Source: an uncultured virus (IMG/VR IMGVR_UViG_3300027833_000041)
Taxonomy: Duplodnaviria; Heunggongvirae; Uroviricota; Caudoviricetes
IMG/VR virus record: IMGVR_UViG_3300027833_000041
Length of the DNA stretch: 20,000 nucleotides
Reading direction: 5' to 3' (one strand)
In this document: piece by piece, positions 1 through 8,444 of the stretch
Layout: each line of letters starts with the position of its first letter
How positions within the stretch are numbered: the stretch's first letter is position 1
Notes under the pieces: model-generated
What the model was told of the DNA's origin: nothing
Databases searched by the model: none
The model's input: only the letters and a program-made list of their open reading frames with translations
Translations under genes and position numbers: made by a program

Positions 1-2
1 AT

Positions 3-3000
3 GTACCCGCTGCGGTGGCTAAATCTTTTATGGCCCGCACATTTGCTAACTCCGGCAGAATCGGCGTGTTTAAAAAAGACGGTACCGTTAAGAAAGACTC
101 TAGGCAAGATTTCTTTTATAATGTAGCGGACGTACAGAGCGCTCTTGTAGGCGAAGGCAAGCTTTACACACAAGAGGAATGGGATAACGCTGAAACAATG
201 GCAGCAAGCGCTGACGTTAAAGCAAGCTACTTGAATGGTAAGTTTGAAAATTCCGCTGAATTGCAGGCGCAAGACGCAGCTACAGCAAATGCAGCATGGG
301 AGCTAACCAGCACTATAGTTAAAGGGCTTAAAAACTACAGTCCAGATGTCCAGGCAATGGTTATTGCAGCGATGAATTCCGGTACAAATACAGTAGCTAG
401 GGTAGCTGCTCCGGTTACGCATATAGCTGAAGGTGCAACTTCTAAAAACACTAAAAGTTACAGATACGAGCATGCCACACCAGCAAGAGCTATTCTAGCA
501 TTAATGTTTAAAAGCTACGTACAAGGTGGCAAATCTATAGACATGGACGCTCTTAAGGCTGATTATAAGGTAGCTATTATACCGTTAGCTATGGACAAAG
601 TTGTTACTGCCGCCGGCTTTGCTGCTCGTCAGGCTATTGGCTATGTTCCCGGACAAACACCTTGGTATAAAAGATATTACAACATATTTACTTTAGGTAA
701 AATCCAATACGCTTTAAAGCCTTTTGCAGGCGGTGAATTAATAGGTGAAAAATACGCTAAAGCTTACAATACTAAACAATCTTTTGACGTTAACTCTAAA
801 CAGTATTTAAAAGCTGTTAAAGACGTTAAGGCTGTAGAAACTACCAAAGCGTCTAAATCTATAGATACTTCGCTGAGCAAAGAGTTTAATAACATACTAG
901 AGCGCAAAACAGGTGTTGAAGCATTCAAAACATTCTCAGCCGTTCAAGCGCAGAAGCGTGGGGAAAAGAAAGGTAGATTTAAATTCTTTATTGCGCCGAG
1001 CGTTGATGATTTTAGAGGCTTAGTTAACTATGCGTTTGCTGGTAAAGGTAAACAGGGTGAAGCTGATATGAAATGGCTCGAAGATAACCTAATGACGCCT
1101 TACGCTAAAGGTATTGCCGCTATTAATGGTATACGCCAGCAAATAAAACGCGACTTTAAAACCGCAGTTAAAGCATTTCCTAAGCAGTACCAGTTGCTAA
1201 ATAAGGAGATCGGAAAGACAGGTTTTACTTATGATCAAGCTGTTAGAGTGTACCTGTGGGGTAAAGCAGGTATTAAAGTACCAGGCTTGTCACAGAAGGA
1301 TACGAAAATACTGCAAGACGCTATTCGTGAAAATCCGGAGTTAATGGACTTTGCAGATGCAATGCTTGTTGTTGCCCGACGAGATACGTGGATGGAGCCG
1401 AGCGAACATTGGTCGGCAAGTACATTGCTGTCAGATCTTAACAGTATGACCGAGAAGATTGGCCGTAAAAAATACTTAGAAGAGTTTATAGCGAACGCTG
1501 ATGCAATATTTACCGAGGAAAACCTAAACAAGATTGAGGCATTGTACGGTAGAGCACATCGTGACGCTATTGTGGACGCTTTGTATTCAATGACTAACGG
1601 TACAAACCGTGAGAAAAACACTAACAAGCAAATTAATGCTTGGTTGAATTGGATTAATGGTTCTACAGGTGCGATTATGTTCTTTAACAGACGCTCTGCA
1701 TTATTGCAGATGCTTTCTACTGTTAACTTTATAAACTACTCTGATAACAACCCTCTTAAGGCAGCCGCAGCGTTTGCTAATCAAAAGCAATACTGGACTG
1801 ACTGGGCTATGATATTTAACTCAGACAAACTTAAGGAGCGCCGGGGCGGATTAAAGCAGGACGTAAGTTCTAACGAAATAGCTAGTATAGCTAACGCAAA
1901 CAAGAACAGCCCTCAAGCTATTTTAGCTAGGTTATTGCAATTAGGTTTTACACCTACTCAAATTGCAGATAGTATGGCTATTGCATCTGGGGGTGCTACA
2001 TTCTATCGTAATCGCGTTAACACGTATCTTAAAAAAGGCATGACCCAAAAAGAAGCTGAGCAGCAAGCTTTCTTGGATTTCTCTAAGATATCAGATGAAA
2101 CACAGCAGTCTTCAGATCCAGCGCTAGTTTCTCAGGTGCAAAGAAGCAACCTAGGTCGTCTTGTATTTGCTTTCCAAAATACGCCTATGCAAATGACGCG
2201 TTTAATGAAGAAAGACGCGTTGGATATTATTAATGGCCGCGGTGACTGGAGAGCTAAAGTAGCAAGAATTACTTATTACGGAGCGATCCAAAACTTTATA
2301 TTCTCATCCTTGCAAAGCGCATTATTCGCTATGCTACCAGGTTTTGATGACGACGACGAAGATCTTACTGCCGCTGAATTAGATAAGAAAAACGCAAAAG
2401 AAGAAGCTAAGATAGCTAGAGTGTTAAACAGTATGCTCGATACTCTGCTTAGAGGCTCAGGCGTATACGGAGCGGTTTTCTCTACTGTTAAAAACGTTAT
2501 TAGAGAATACAACAAGCAAGAGGAAAAAGGATTTATGTCTGAACATGCTTACACTGTGCTGTCTTTATTTAATATATCACCGCCTATTGGCTCTAAGGCT
2601 CGTAAAATACATAGTGCTATTCAAACAAGAAAGTTTGAGAAAGACGAGATTGCAGCACGTGGCTGGGGCGTAGTAGCAGACGGTAGATTAGATTTAGGCC
2701 CAAATTGGAGTATATTAGGTAAAGTTTTATCTGCCGCGGTTAGTGTACCGCTTGATCGTGTGGTAGATGAGCTTACTTCTATTAGCGAAGCATTCGATGC
2801 GCGTAACAAAGCGTGGCAGCGTATAGCATTAGCCTTAGGCTGGAAAACGTGGGACGTGGGTGCTATAGAGGAAAACGCTGAAGCTATTAAAGCAGCCGCT
2901 AAGAAAAAACGCAAGGAAGCGGGAACTAAGAAGGCAAAAGAAACCCGCAGAAAAAACAAGCCGAAAAAAATAGAAGCTAGAAAAAAGAAAGAGCAAGAAT

Positions 3001-3053
3001 TAGAATTAATGACCCCCGCTGAAATGACTGAGTATTTAAATAAAAACAAATAA
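3..3053 (+). CDS. Large phage structural protein, probably an internal virion/ejection protein (5'-truncated)
   Basis: ORF of at least 1012 aa. The frame is open to the window edge upstream of the GTG at 15. Predominantly helical, Ala-rich sequence with a Lys-rich C-terminus, directly before the endolysin (TAATG overlap at 3051-3055). Function inferred from size and position. Confidence 0.65.
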   Translation, partial: VPAAVAKSFMARTFANSGRIGVFKKDGTVKKDSRQDFFYNVADVQSALVGEGKLYTQEEWDNAETMAASADVKASYLNGKFENSAELQAQDAATANAAWELTSTIVKGLKNYSPDVQAMVIAAMNSGTNTVARVAAPVTHIAEGATSKNTKSYRYEHATPARAILALMFKSYVQGGKSIDMDALKADYKVAIIPLAMDKVVTAAGFAARQAIGYVPGQTPWYKRYYNIFTLGKIQYALKPFAGGELIGEKYAKAYNTKQSFDVNSKQYLKAVKDVKAVETTKASKSIDTSLSKEFNNILERKTGVEAFKTFSAVQAQKRGEKKGRFKFFIAPSVDDFRGLVNYAFAGKGKQGEADMKWLEDNLMTPYAKGIAAINGIRQQIKRDFKTAVKAFPKQYQLLNKEIGKTGFTYDQAVRVYLWGKAGIKVPGLSQKDTKILQDAIRENPELMDFADAMLVVARRDTWMEPSEHWSASTLLSDLNSMTEKIGRKKYLEEFIANADAIFTEENLNKIEALYGRAHRDAIVDALYSMTNGTNREKNTNKQINAWLNWINGSTGAIMFFNRRSALLQMLSTVNFINYSDNNPLKAAAAFANQKQYWTDWAMIFNSDKLKERRGGLKQDVSSNEIASIANANKNSPQAILARLLQLGFTPTQIADSMAIASGGATFYRNRVNTYLKKGMTQKEAEQQAFLDFSKISDETQQSSDPALVSQVQRSNLGRLVFAFQNTPMQMTRLMKKDALDIINGRGDWRAKVARITYYGAIQNFIFSSLQSALFAMLPGFDDDDEDLTAAELDKKNAKEEAKIARVLNSMLDTLLRGSGVYGAVFSTVKNVIREYNKQEEKGFMSEHAYTVLSLFNISPPIGSKARKIHSAIQTRKFEKDEIAARGWGVVADGRLDLGPNWSILGKVLSAAVSVPLDRVVDELTSISEAFDARNKAWQRIALALGWKTWDVGAIEENAEAIKAAAKKKRKEAGTKKAKETRRKNKPKKIEARKKKEQELELMTPAEMTEYLNKNK

Positions 3054-3517
3054 TGAGATTATCAGATAACTTAAGCGTTGCTGAGGTGATTAAATCAACC
3101 ACAGCAAAGAGATGCGGCATCAGTAATGAGCCTACAATAGAACATTTGGAAAATTTAAAGGCAATTGCGCTAAACATCTTCCAACCAGCGCGTAATTATT
3201 TTAAAAACCCTATTGCCGTTACTTCCGGATATCGCAGCGAAGCTCTTAATGAGCGCATTGGCGGAAGCAAAACCTCACAACATTCCAAAGGTCAAGCTCT
3301 TGACTTAGACGCTCACACATTCGGTGAGCTGACCAACAAAGAATTATTTCATTATATTTCCGAGCACACTGACTTTGATCAGTTGATATGGGAATTTGGT
3401 ACAGAAGATGAACCGGATTGGGTGCATGTTTCTTACGTTGATAACCAAGCAAACCGTGGAGAAAGATTAATAGCCTATAAAAAAGAAGGCAGAACAAAAT
3501 ACAAGTACTTTAAATAG
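3053..3517 (+). CDS. Endolysin, peptidase M15 family (Zn-dependent peptidoglycan peptidase)
   Basis: Motifs TSGYRS..LN..IGG..TSQHSKGQALD (His and Asp Zn ligands) and WVHVS, typical of M15 phage endolysins. Confidence 0.9.
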   Translation: MRLSDNLSVAEVIKSTTAKRCGISNEPTIEHLENLKAIALNIFQPARNYFKNPIAVTSGYRSEALNERIGGSKTSQHSKGQALDLDAHTFGELTNKELFHYISEHTDFDQLIWEFGTEDEPDWVHVSYVDNQANRGERLIAYKKEGRTKYKYFK

Positions 3518-3518
3518 C

Positions 3519-3794
3519 ATGGCAAAGGAAATTTCAGAAAACACAGTAGTAGGGCTGTCCCTAAAAACTTTAGGTGCTATAATAGCGGGTGTAGGAGTAA
3601 TTACACTCGGGTATTTTGACCTACAAGCAGGTATTGAAGAAGCTAAGCTTTTACCGCCTGCCGAAATTGGTAGAATGGAATACGATCTTAAAGATCAATT
3701 AATCCGCGAAACAATAATGAACACACAGAATGACGTGGGCGATATCAAAAAGCAACTTGATAAAATAGAAGAAAGACTATTTGAAATGAAATAA
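3519..3794 (+). CDS. Single-pass membrane protein with coiled coil (holin- or spanin-like candidate)
   Basis: Hydrophobic segment TLGAIIAGVGVITLGYF followed by a heptad-like C-terminus (DVGDIKKQLDKIEERL); immediately follows the endolysin. Confidence 0.55.
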   Translation: MAKEISENTVVGLSLKTLGAIIAGVGVITLGYFDLQAGIEEAKLLPPAEIGRMEYDLKDQLIRETIMNTQNDVGDIKKQLDKIEERLFEMK

Positions 3795-3795
3795 C

Positions 3796-4146
3796 ATGAA
3801 AAACACAATCCTTTTATTAATAGCATTTACACTTTGCTCGTTTGCTTCTAGTACTATTAGCAAGCGAGGTATAGTTTTAGTGCATTACAACGCGGGTTTT
3901 AACGCTGCAAACAATTATGTAGATGTTGTTAAAATTAAAGACGCTAAAATATTCAAAGCTACCATTGATGGTAACGCAACTCTTAAGCAAGACGAGCGCA
4001 TAAGATCAGTGCCAACTTTAATACTGTATAAAAACGGTAAAGAAATTATGAGATGGGAAGCGGGTATTGATTTGTCTTTAAAGCATATAGATTACCGCGA
4101 AATACAAAAGGAAGTTGACCAGCTAACAGGAGCTAATAAGTTTTAA
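3796..4146 (+). CDS. Exported thioredoxin-fold protein lacking CxxC
   Basis: Signal peptide MKNTILLLIAFTLCSFA. IVLVHYNAGFNAAN occupies the position of the thioredoxin VLVDFWAxWCxxC segment, and the cis-Pro segment IRSVPTLILYKNGKE is retained. Confidence 0.75.
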   Translation: MKNTILLLIAFTLCSFASSTISKRGIVLVHYNAGFNAANNYVDVVKIKDAKIFKATIDGNATLKQDERIRSVPTLILYKNGKEIMRWEAGIDLSLKHIDYREIQKEVDQLTGANKF

Positions 4147-4148
4147 GC

Positions 4149-5240
4149 ATGAAAAATTTACTTATAACATTTTTTATATCAACCTCGGCGTTTGGGCAGG
4201 GATTGTTAAAGTACAGCACGTTGTACACCAGTGTGTACGGAGCGTCGCCAATGGAAGCACAGTCAGAGTACTTTGTTTCTCAAGGTGGGGACCTAATGGA
4301 TATAACCATTGAAAACCCGTTTGATTACAGATATACATTTGGCATTCGCCGTGTGGCTCGTTACGATTACGAAAAAAGACAAAACCCATTTTACGATGGC
4401 CACAACCAGTCTACGACATCTTTATTCGCGACGGTTGGCGCTGTTGAGGGGTTTGAGTACTTAGCTCAGTTTGATCGCGGCAGGCAGCAAGGCAATGATT
4501 ATATAAACCAGCGTTACTTCCTTAGGTACTTAGCTAACTATTGGATGGTAAAAGCAGAGCTGTTTAACCAAGGGCTAGTTAATTTAGATTACACTCAGGT
4601 TGAAGTAAGAGGTAGACTGCACGTTGGTGAAGTTGATTTTAGCTTAGGCGTTGCAGCGAGACAGCACCAAGCTTATGGCTACAACCCTATTGCGGAATAT
4701 TTAGTTAACAACCAATGGTGGGACTTAGTACGCGGTATGGGTTACCAAGATATCTATTTCGGTATTGATTACGATAACGACGATGAGGTGGAAGACGGGG
4801 ATTGGTATTGGCTAGACCCTAACGGTAATAAAGTTGCGGATACAGATCTTGATTTTAGAAAGTATATATATGGTGATATTGTAAACACGTACAACGCAGA
4901 GCAGTTATCAGGCATTGGCGCGCTTGGCTCTTTATCGGCCATAGTTGGTATTGATTACTACCACTATTCAGAAAAATTTTGGATGCACTCATGGGCGAGT
5001 ATGTTACCGTGGCACATGCATATTATAGGAGACCACGAGTTTTCCTACGAGCAGTTTGCTGATGAGCTAGAAAATACAAATCATTTTATACCAGGGCAAT
5101 GGATCGACTATAACTTCGGTGGTGTCATCGGCTATAAGATAGGATTGAACTGGGGTATATTCGCGGAAGGTGAGTATATGAAATACTGGGATAAAGAAGT
5201 GTTCGAAATAAAAGCAGGTATTAATTACCAATTTAGATAA
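4149..5240 (+). CDS. Probable outer-membrane beta-barrel protein
   Basis: Signal peptide MKNLLITFFISTSAFG/Q. Tyr/Trp/Phe-rich with alternating amphipathic strands (e.g. VEVRGRLHV, WGIFAEGEY). Ends in the beta-signal-like EIKAGINYQFR. Confidence 0.65.
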   Translation: MKNLLITFFISTSAFGQGLLKYSTLYTSVYGASPMEAQSEYFVSQGGDLMDITIENPFDYRYTFGIRRVARYDYEKRQNPFYDGHNQSTTSLFATVGAVEGFEYLAQFDRGRQQGNDYINQRYFLRYLANYWMVKAELFNQGLVNLDYTQVEVRGRLHVGEVDFSLGVAARQHQAYGYNPIAEYLVNNQWWDLVRGMGYQDIYFGIDYDNDDEVEDGDWYWLDPNGNKVADTDLDFRKYIYGDIVNTYNAEQLSGIGALGSLSAIVGIDYYHYSEKFWMHSWASMLPWHMHIIGDHEFSYEQFADELENTNHFIPGQWIDYNFGGVIGYKIGLNWGIFAEGEYMKYWDKEVFEIKAGINYQFR

Positions 5241-5248
5241 TAAAAGTT

Positions 5249-5716
5249 ATGTACAAACAAAATCCAAAATCGCCTGTATTAAAGGCGTTAAAAGGCAATC
5301 AAGGAAAACTACCACAGCATTTACAAGATGCAATTAAAGCTGCGCCTGAATCTCCAGCTAAACAAATTGTAGGCCCAAAGCCTAAGAAAAAAATTATTCC
5401 AGGTGAGGAGCTTACAGGAAAAAAACCAAAGGCCAATAAAACTTTTAAAAAAGAGCCGCTTGGCCCATATAAGCCCGCGCCAAAATCTCCAGCAAAACAG
5501 ACAACAGCCGGCGAATTCGCTCACAAAAAGTCTTTAAAAGAAAAAGAGATGGGGAGGAGCACAAAAGTTGTAGACAAGTTTACATCAGCTCTTGAGGCAC
5601 CGTTCAGTGACAAAACATACAGTGAGCTAAAAAAAGAAAAGCGTGCTAAGCAGAAAGCTAAGTATGACGCTAAGTCTCCAGCTAAAAACTATAAAAAAGG
5701 ATATTATGGCGTTTAA
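5249..5716 (+). CDS. Basic Lys/Pro-rich protein with SPAK repeats
   Basis: 155 aa, highly basic; contains KSPVLK, ESPAKQ, KSPAKQ and KSPAKN. Confidence 0.75.
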   Translation: MYKQNPKSPVLKALKGNQGKLPQHLQDAIKAAPESPAKQIVGPKPKKKIIPGEELTGKKPKANKTFKKEPLGPYKPAPKSPAKQTTAGEFAHKKSLKEKEMGRSTKVVDKFTSALEAPFSDKTYSELKKEKRAKQKAKYDAKSPAKNYKKGYYGV

Positions 5717-5849
5717 AATGTCATCGCCCTTTAAACTTAAAGACGCATGTTACCATAAGGTAAAAGCACAATACGACGTATTTCCATCGGCATACGCGTC
5801 TGGTGCTATTGCAAAGTGTAGAAAGAATAAGGGGAAAAAGAAGAAGTAA
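5706..5849 (+). CDS. Small basic phage protein (47 aa, MAFKMSSPFKLKDACYHKVKAQYDVFPSAYASGAIAKCRK...)
   Basis: Start re-placed to ATG 5706, in frame with the track ORF at 5643, overlapping the previous gene by 11 nt. Its stop overlaps the next ATG (TAATG). Confidence 0.75.
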   Translation: MAFKMSSPFKLKDACYHKVKAQYDVFPSAYASGAIAKCRKNKGKKKK

Positions 5850-6133
5850 TGTATAAACAAAACTCACCGTTCAAAAAAGTCAGAAAGACTAAAGAAGGTT
5901 TAGCTCTTAAACGATGGTTTAAAGAAGACTGGAGAACACCTAGTGGTAGTAAAGACTACAGCGACGGTGATGTTGTGTTTAGACCTACAAAGAAAGTTAG
6001 CAAAGATACTCCTAAAACGTACAGTGAGTTAAGTCCTTCAGACATAGCTGCCGGCAGAAGAGAAAGAAAAGCTAAAGGCAGAGTATCGAAATACGATAGA
6101 TCAGAACTAAAGAAAAACAAAAAGAAAAAATGA
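5849..6133 (+). CDS. Small basic phage protein (GLALKRWFKEDW...RPTKKVSKDTPKT)
   Basis: 94 aa, coupled on both sides (TAATG and ATGA). N-terminus MYKQNSPFKK resembles MYKQNPKSP of the 5249 ORF. Confidence 0.75.
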   Translation: MYKQNSPFKKVRKTKEGLALKRWFKEDWRTPSGSKDYSDGDVVFRPTKKVSKDTPKTYSELSPSDIAAGRRERKAKGRVSKYDRSELKKNKKKK

Positions 6134-6537
6134 GAAAAGGAATCGGACCTAAACAGCTAGGCTCTCCGCTAAAGCTAGACAAAGGAAGAAAAAAGGGTAA
6201 AAAAAATCGCAAAGACTATAGTCAAGACGCTACATTTAATGATTATGATGTAATGAAAGCTTCAATGCCTGACACTTACGCTCCTTCCGATACTATATTT
6301 AAATCATTCAGCATCGATGGGGGAGTTTCAGCAAATAAAGGAGCGAGCCAAGCACAGCGAGCTGCTGGGAAAATGGCTGGCGCTGGAAATAGTTATAGCA
6401 CTAGATTTTTGCAGCCTAATGACCGCGTTCAATATAGAACCACAAACGAGGCCGGCCAAAGTGGAATTACTACGTTAACCAAGTACAATAAAAAAGATAT
6501 GGTTGACTCTGTTGTTAAAAAGAAAAACAAAAAATAA
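6130..6537 (+). CDS. Basic hypothetical protein
   Basis: 135 aa, ATGA overlap with the upstream gene, GSPLK near the N-terminus, Lys-rich ends; stops just before the terminator. Confidence 0.7.
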   Translation: MRKGIGPKQLGSPLKLDKGRKKGKKNRKDYSQDATFNDYDVMKASMPDTYAPSDTIFKSFSIDGGVSANKGASQAQRAAGKMAGAGNSYSTRFLQPNDRVQYRTTNEAGQSGITTLTKYNKKDMVDSVVKKKNKK

Positions 6538-6543
6538 ATAATA

Positions 6544-6578
6544 AAAGGGGACCCAATTACGGATCCCCTTTATTTTTT
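6544..6578. terminator. Bidirectional rho-independent terminator between convergent blocks
   Basis: AAAGGGGA (6544-6551) pairs with TCCCCTTT (6564-6571), with an inner CC/GG pair and AATTAC loop. A T-run follows on + and an A-rich run precedes (T-rich on -). Lies between the stops at 6537 (+) and 6578 (-). Confidence 0.85.
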
Positions 6579-8296
6579 TAACCATCACAAGCAACGCAAT
6601 CATCCATTGCAGCTGCAGCTAAATCGCCCCGCAGCACTGATTCCGTCCTCGTGTAATACAAGGTTTTAACACCTTGCTTCCAAGCTTCCATATGGACTTT
6701 GTTAATCCACTTTGGTGTAGCTTCAGAAGGGAAAGCTAGATTTAAACTAACCGATTGGTCAATGTACTGCTGCCGTATTCCGGCTTGCCTTACTAATTCC
6801 AATTGGTTAATTTCTTTAAACGTTTTAAATACGTTCTTAATTGGCTCGTCCCAATCACCCATTAACAAACCATCGAGTTCTTCGATGTTCTGCACTGAGC
6901 CGCCATCGGCTAGGATTTGATTCCAAATCTTTTCAGTGTTTATTTCATTATCTTCTAAAACACTTTCAAGAACAGGGTTTCTACGTATGAAAGTACCTTT
7001 AGCACTTTGCTCTGTAAATACGTTCGCGGCCCACGGCTCAATGCCTGGAGAAACGTTCCCAGCCAGTTTACTATTACTAACGGTAGGAGCAATAGCCCTA
7101 AGATGAGTGTTACGCATCCCAGCACCGACGCACCAAAGAGGTTCACCATAGACATCGGCCAGGTCCCTTGAAGCGCGCTCGCTTTCAATCTTGATTTGAG
7201 AGAATATTTTTCTTGTTTCATATTGTGCTGATAATCCTTCAAAAGGTATGCCTCTGTCTTGCAAGTATGTATGCCAGCCTAAGACGCCAAGACCTAATGG
7301 TCTACCCTTAACTGCTGAGCGCACTGCATTTTCAAAACCACGCAAGCCTTTTGCTCGTTGTATAAATTCTTCCATAACACCATCTAAGAACCATGTAGCA
7401 TGGTAAATAAGATCAGTGCCTTTCCATTCATCGTACTTAGACAAGTTAAGCGAGCTCAAACAACATACAAAGCTGTGTGACTCGTCTGTATGCAGTGTAA
7501 TCTCACTACATATGTTTGTCATATGTACTTTTAAACCATTTGACTTATATGCTTCTGGATTGTTCTTATTAACGTTCCCTTTAAACATAATGTACGGTTC
7601 TCCAGTTGCTTTTCGCTTTCTAAGAAGTTTACTCCATCGAGTTCTTGCTTCCTTATCGCCTTGTTCAAGTCGTCGCATAAACTTATCACCAACAATTGCG
7701 CACTGATGGAGATTAAGCGATTGTCGGTTAACATCGCCCTTCGGTTCTCTGATTTCCAACCACTCTTCAAAATCAGGGTGTTCAATGTTGATGTTAACTG
7801 ATGCTGCTCCTCTTCTAACAGATCCTTGATTAGTTGCAAGGATTGTTGAGTCATAGATTTTGCAAAAAGGTACGACTCCGTCTGATGTTCCATTTCCTGT
7901 AATTTTAGCTCCGGCGGGTCTTATCATATTAATGCCAACACCCACACCGCCACCGTGTTTTGCTAGCAACATCATTTCTAAGTTCTTAGAGCCGATATCC
8001 TGGATACTATCCGCGACATCGATTCCAAAGCAACTAATCGGTAAGCCTCTATCGGTACCGGTATTTGAAAGTACAGGAGAAGCCAGGTTAAGCCAACCTT
8101 TCCATATGTAATCAAAAAATACATCAGCAAGTTCTGGTTTATATAATCTTCGTGCAACTGTTTTAGCTACACGTTCGTAAGCATCTTTGGGGGTCTCGCC
8201 TTGCAGCAAGTACCCACCAGAGATTGTTTTTCTGTATACTTCGGTATCGCCCCACTCCGGGTAGTCGGTACCTTTTACCCATTCATTATTCCACAT
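6578..8296 (-). CDS. nrdA: Class I ribonucleotide reductase alpha subunit (compact, apparently no ATP cone)
   Basis: Motifs PISCF, GGGVG, TNICSEI (N-x-C-x-E), VCCLSSLN, AIAPTVS, KTLYY (Tyr pair) and C-terminal CVAC. Confidence 0.95.
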   Translation of the reverse strand: MWNNEWVKGTDYPEWGDTEVYRKTISGGYLLQGETPKDAYERVAKTVARRLYKPELADVFFDYIWKGWLNLASPVLSNTGTDRGLPISCFGIDVADSIQDIGSKNLEMMLLAKHGGGVGVGINMIRPAGAKITGNGTSDGVVPFCKIYDSTILATNQGSVRRGAASVNINIEHPDFEEWLEIREPKGDVNRQSLNLHQCAIVGDKFMRRLEQGDKEARTRWSKLLRKRKATGEPYIMFKGNVNKNNPEAYKSNGLKVHMTNICSEITLHTDESHSFVCCLSSLNLSKYDEWKGTDLIYHATWFLDGVMEEFIQRAKGLRGFENAVRSAVKGRPLGLGVLGWHTYLQDRGIPFEGLSAQYETRKIFSQIKIESERASRDLADVYGEPLWCVGAGMRNTHLRAIAPTVSNSKLAGNVSPGIEPWAANVFTEQSAKGTFIRRNPVLESVLEDNEINTEKIWNQILADGGSVQNIEELDGLLMGDWDEPIKNVFKTFKEINQLELVRQAGIRQQYIDQSVSLNLAFPSEATPKWINKVHMEAWKQGVKTLYYTRTESVLRGDLAAAAMDDCVACDG

Positions 8297-8444
8297 TATC
8301 TAATACTTTTTTACTTAAAAATAAAGGGCTGCCATCTTTGTAGCTAATCTGCCATACGTGTTCTTTTTCAACAACAATAAGCGGTCGTCCCTTAAATAAT
8401 TTTGGGTATTTTTCTAATACGTATTCTTTTATTTTATTTTCCAT
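8286..8444 (-). CDS. Small hypothetical protein (52 aa) between nrdB and nrdA
   Basis: Manually translated as MENKIKEYVLEKYPKLFKGRPLIVVEKEHVWQISYKDGSPLFLSKKVLDNVE. Its ATG overlaps the nrdB stop (TAATG) and its end overlaps the nrdA start by 11 nt. Confidence 0.65.
   Translation of the reverse strand: MENKIKEYVLEKYPKLFKGRPLIVVEKEHVWQISYKDGSPLFLSKKVLDNVE

Noticed and set aside
1..126. ATG at position 1 as a gene start
   Set aside because: Frame 1 closes after about 41 codons, while frame 3 is open from the window edge into the 1012-aa ORF.
1235..3177. Antisense ORFs 1235-1627, 2276-2515, 2621-3049 and 2977-3177
   Set aside because: Shadow frames of the large + strand gene and endolysin, with Ser/Phe-rich composition typical of antisense translations.
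8297..8443. Possible intron or homing-endonuclease remnant between nrdB and nrdA
   Set aside because: Both genes are intact and the gap is filled by a coupled 52-aa ORF; no intron or intein signature seen.
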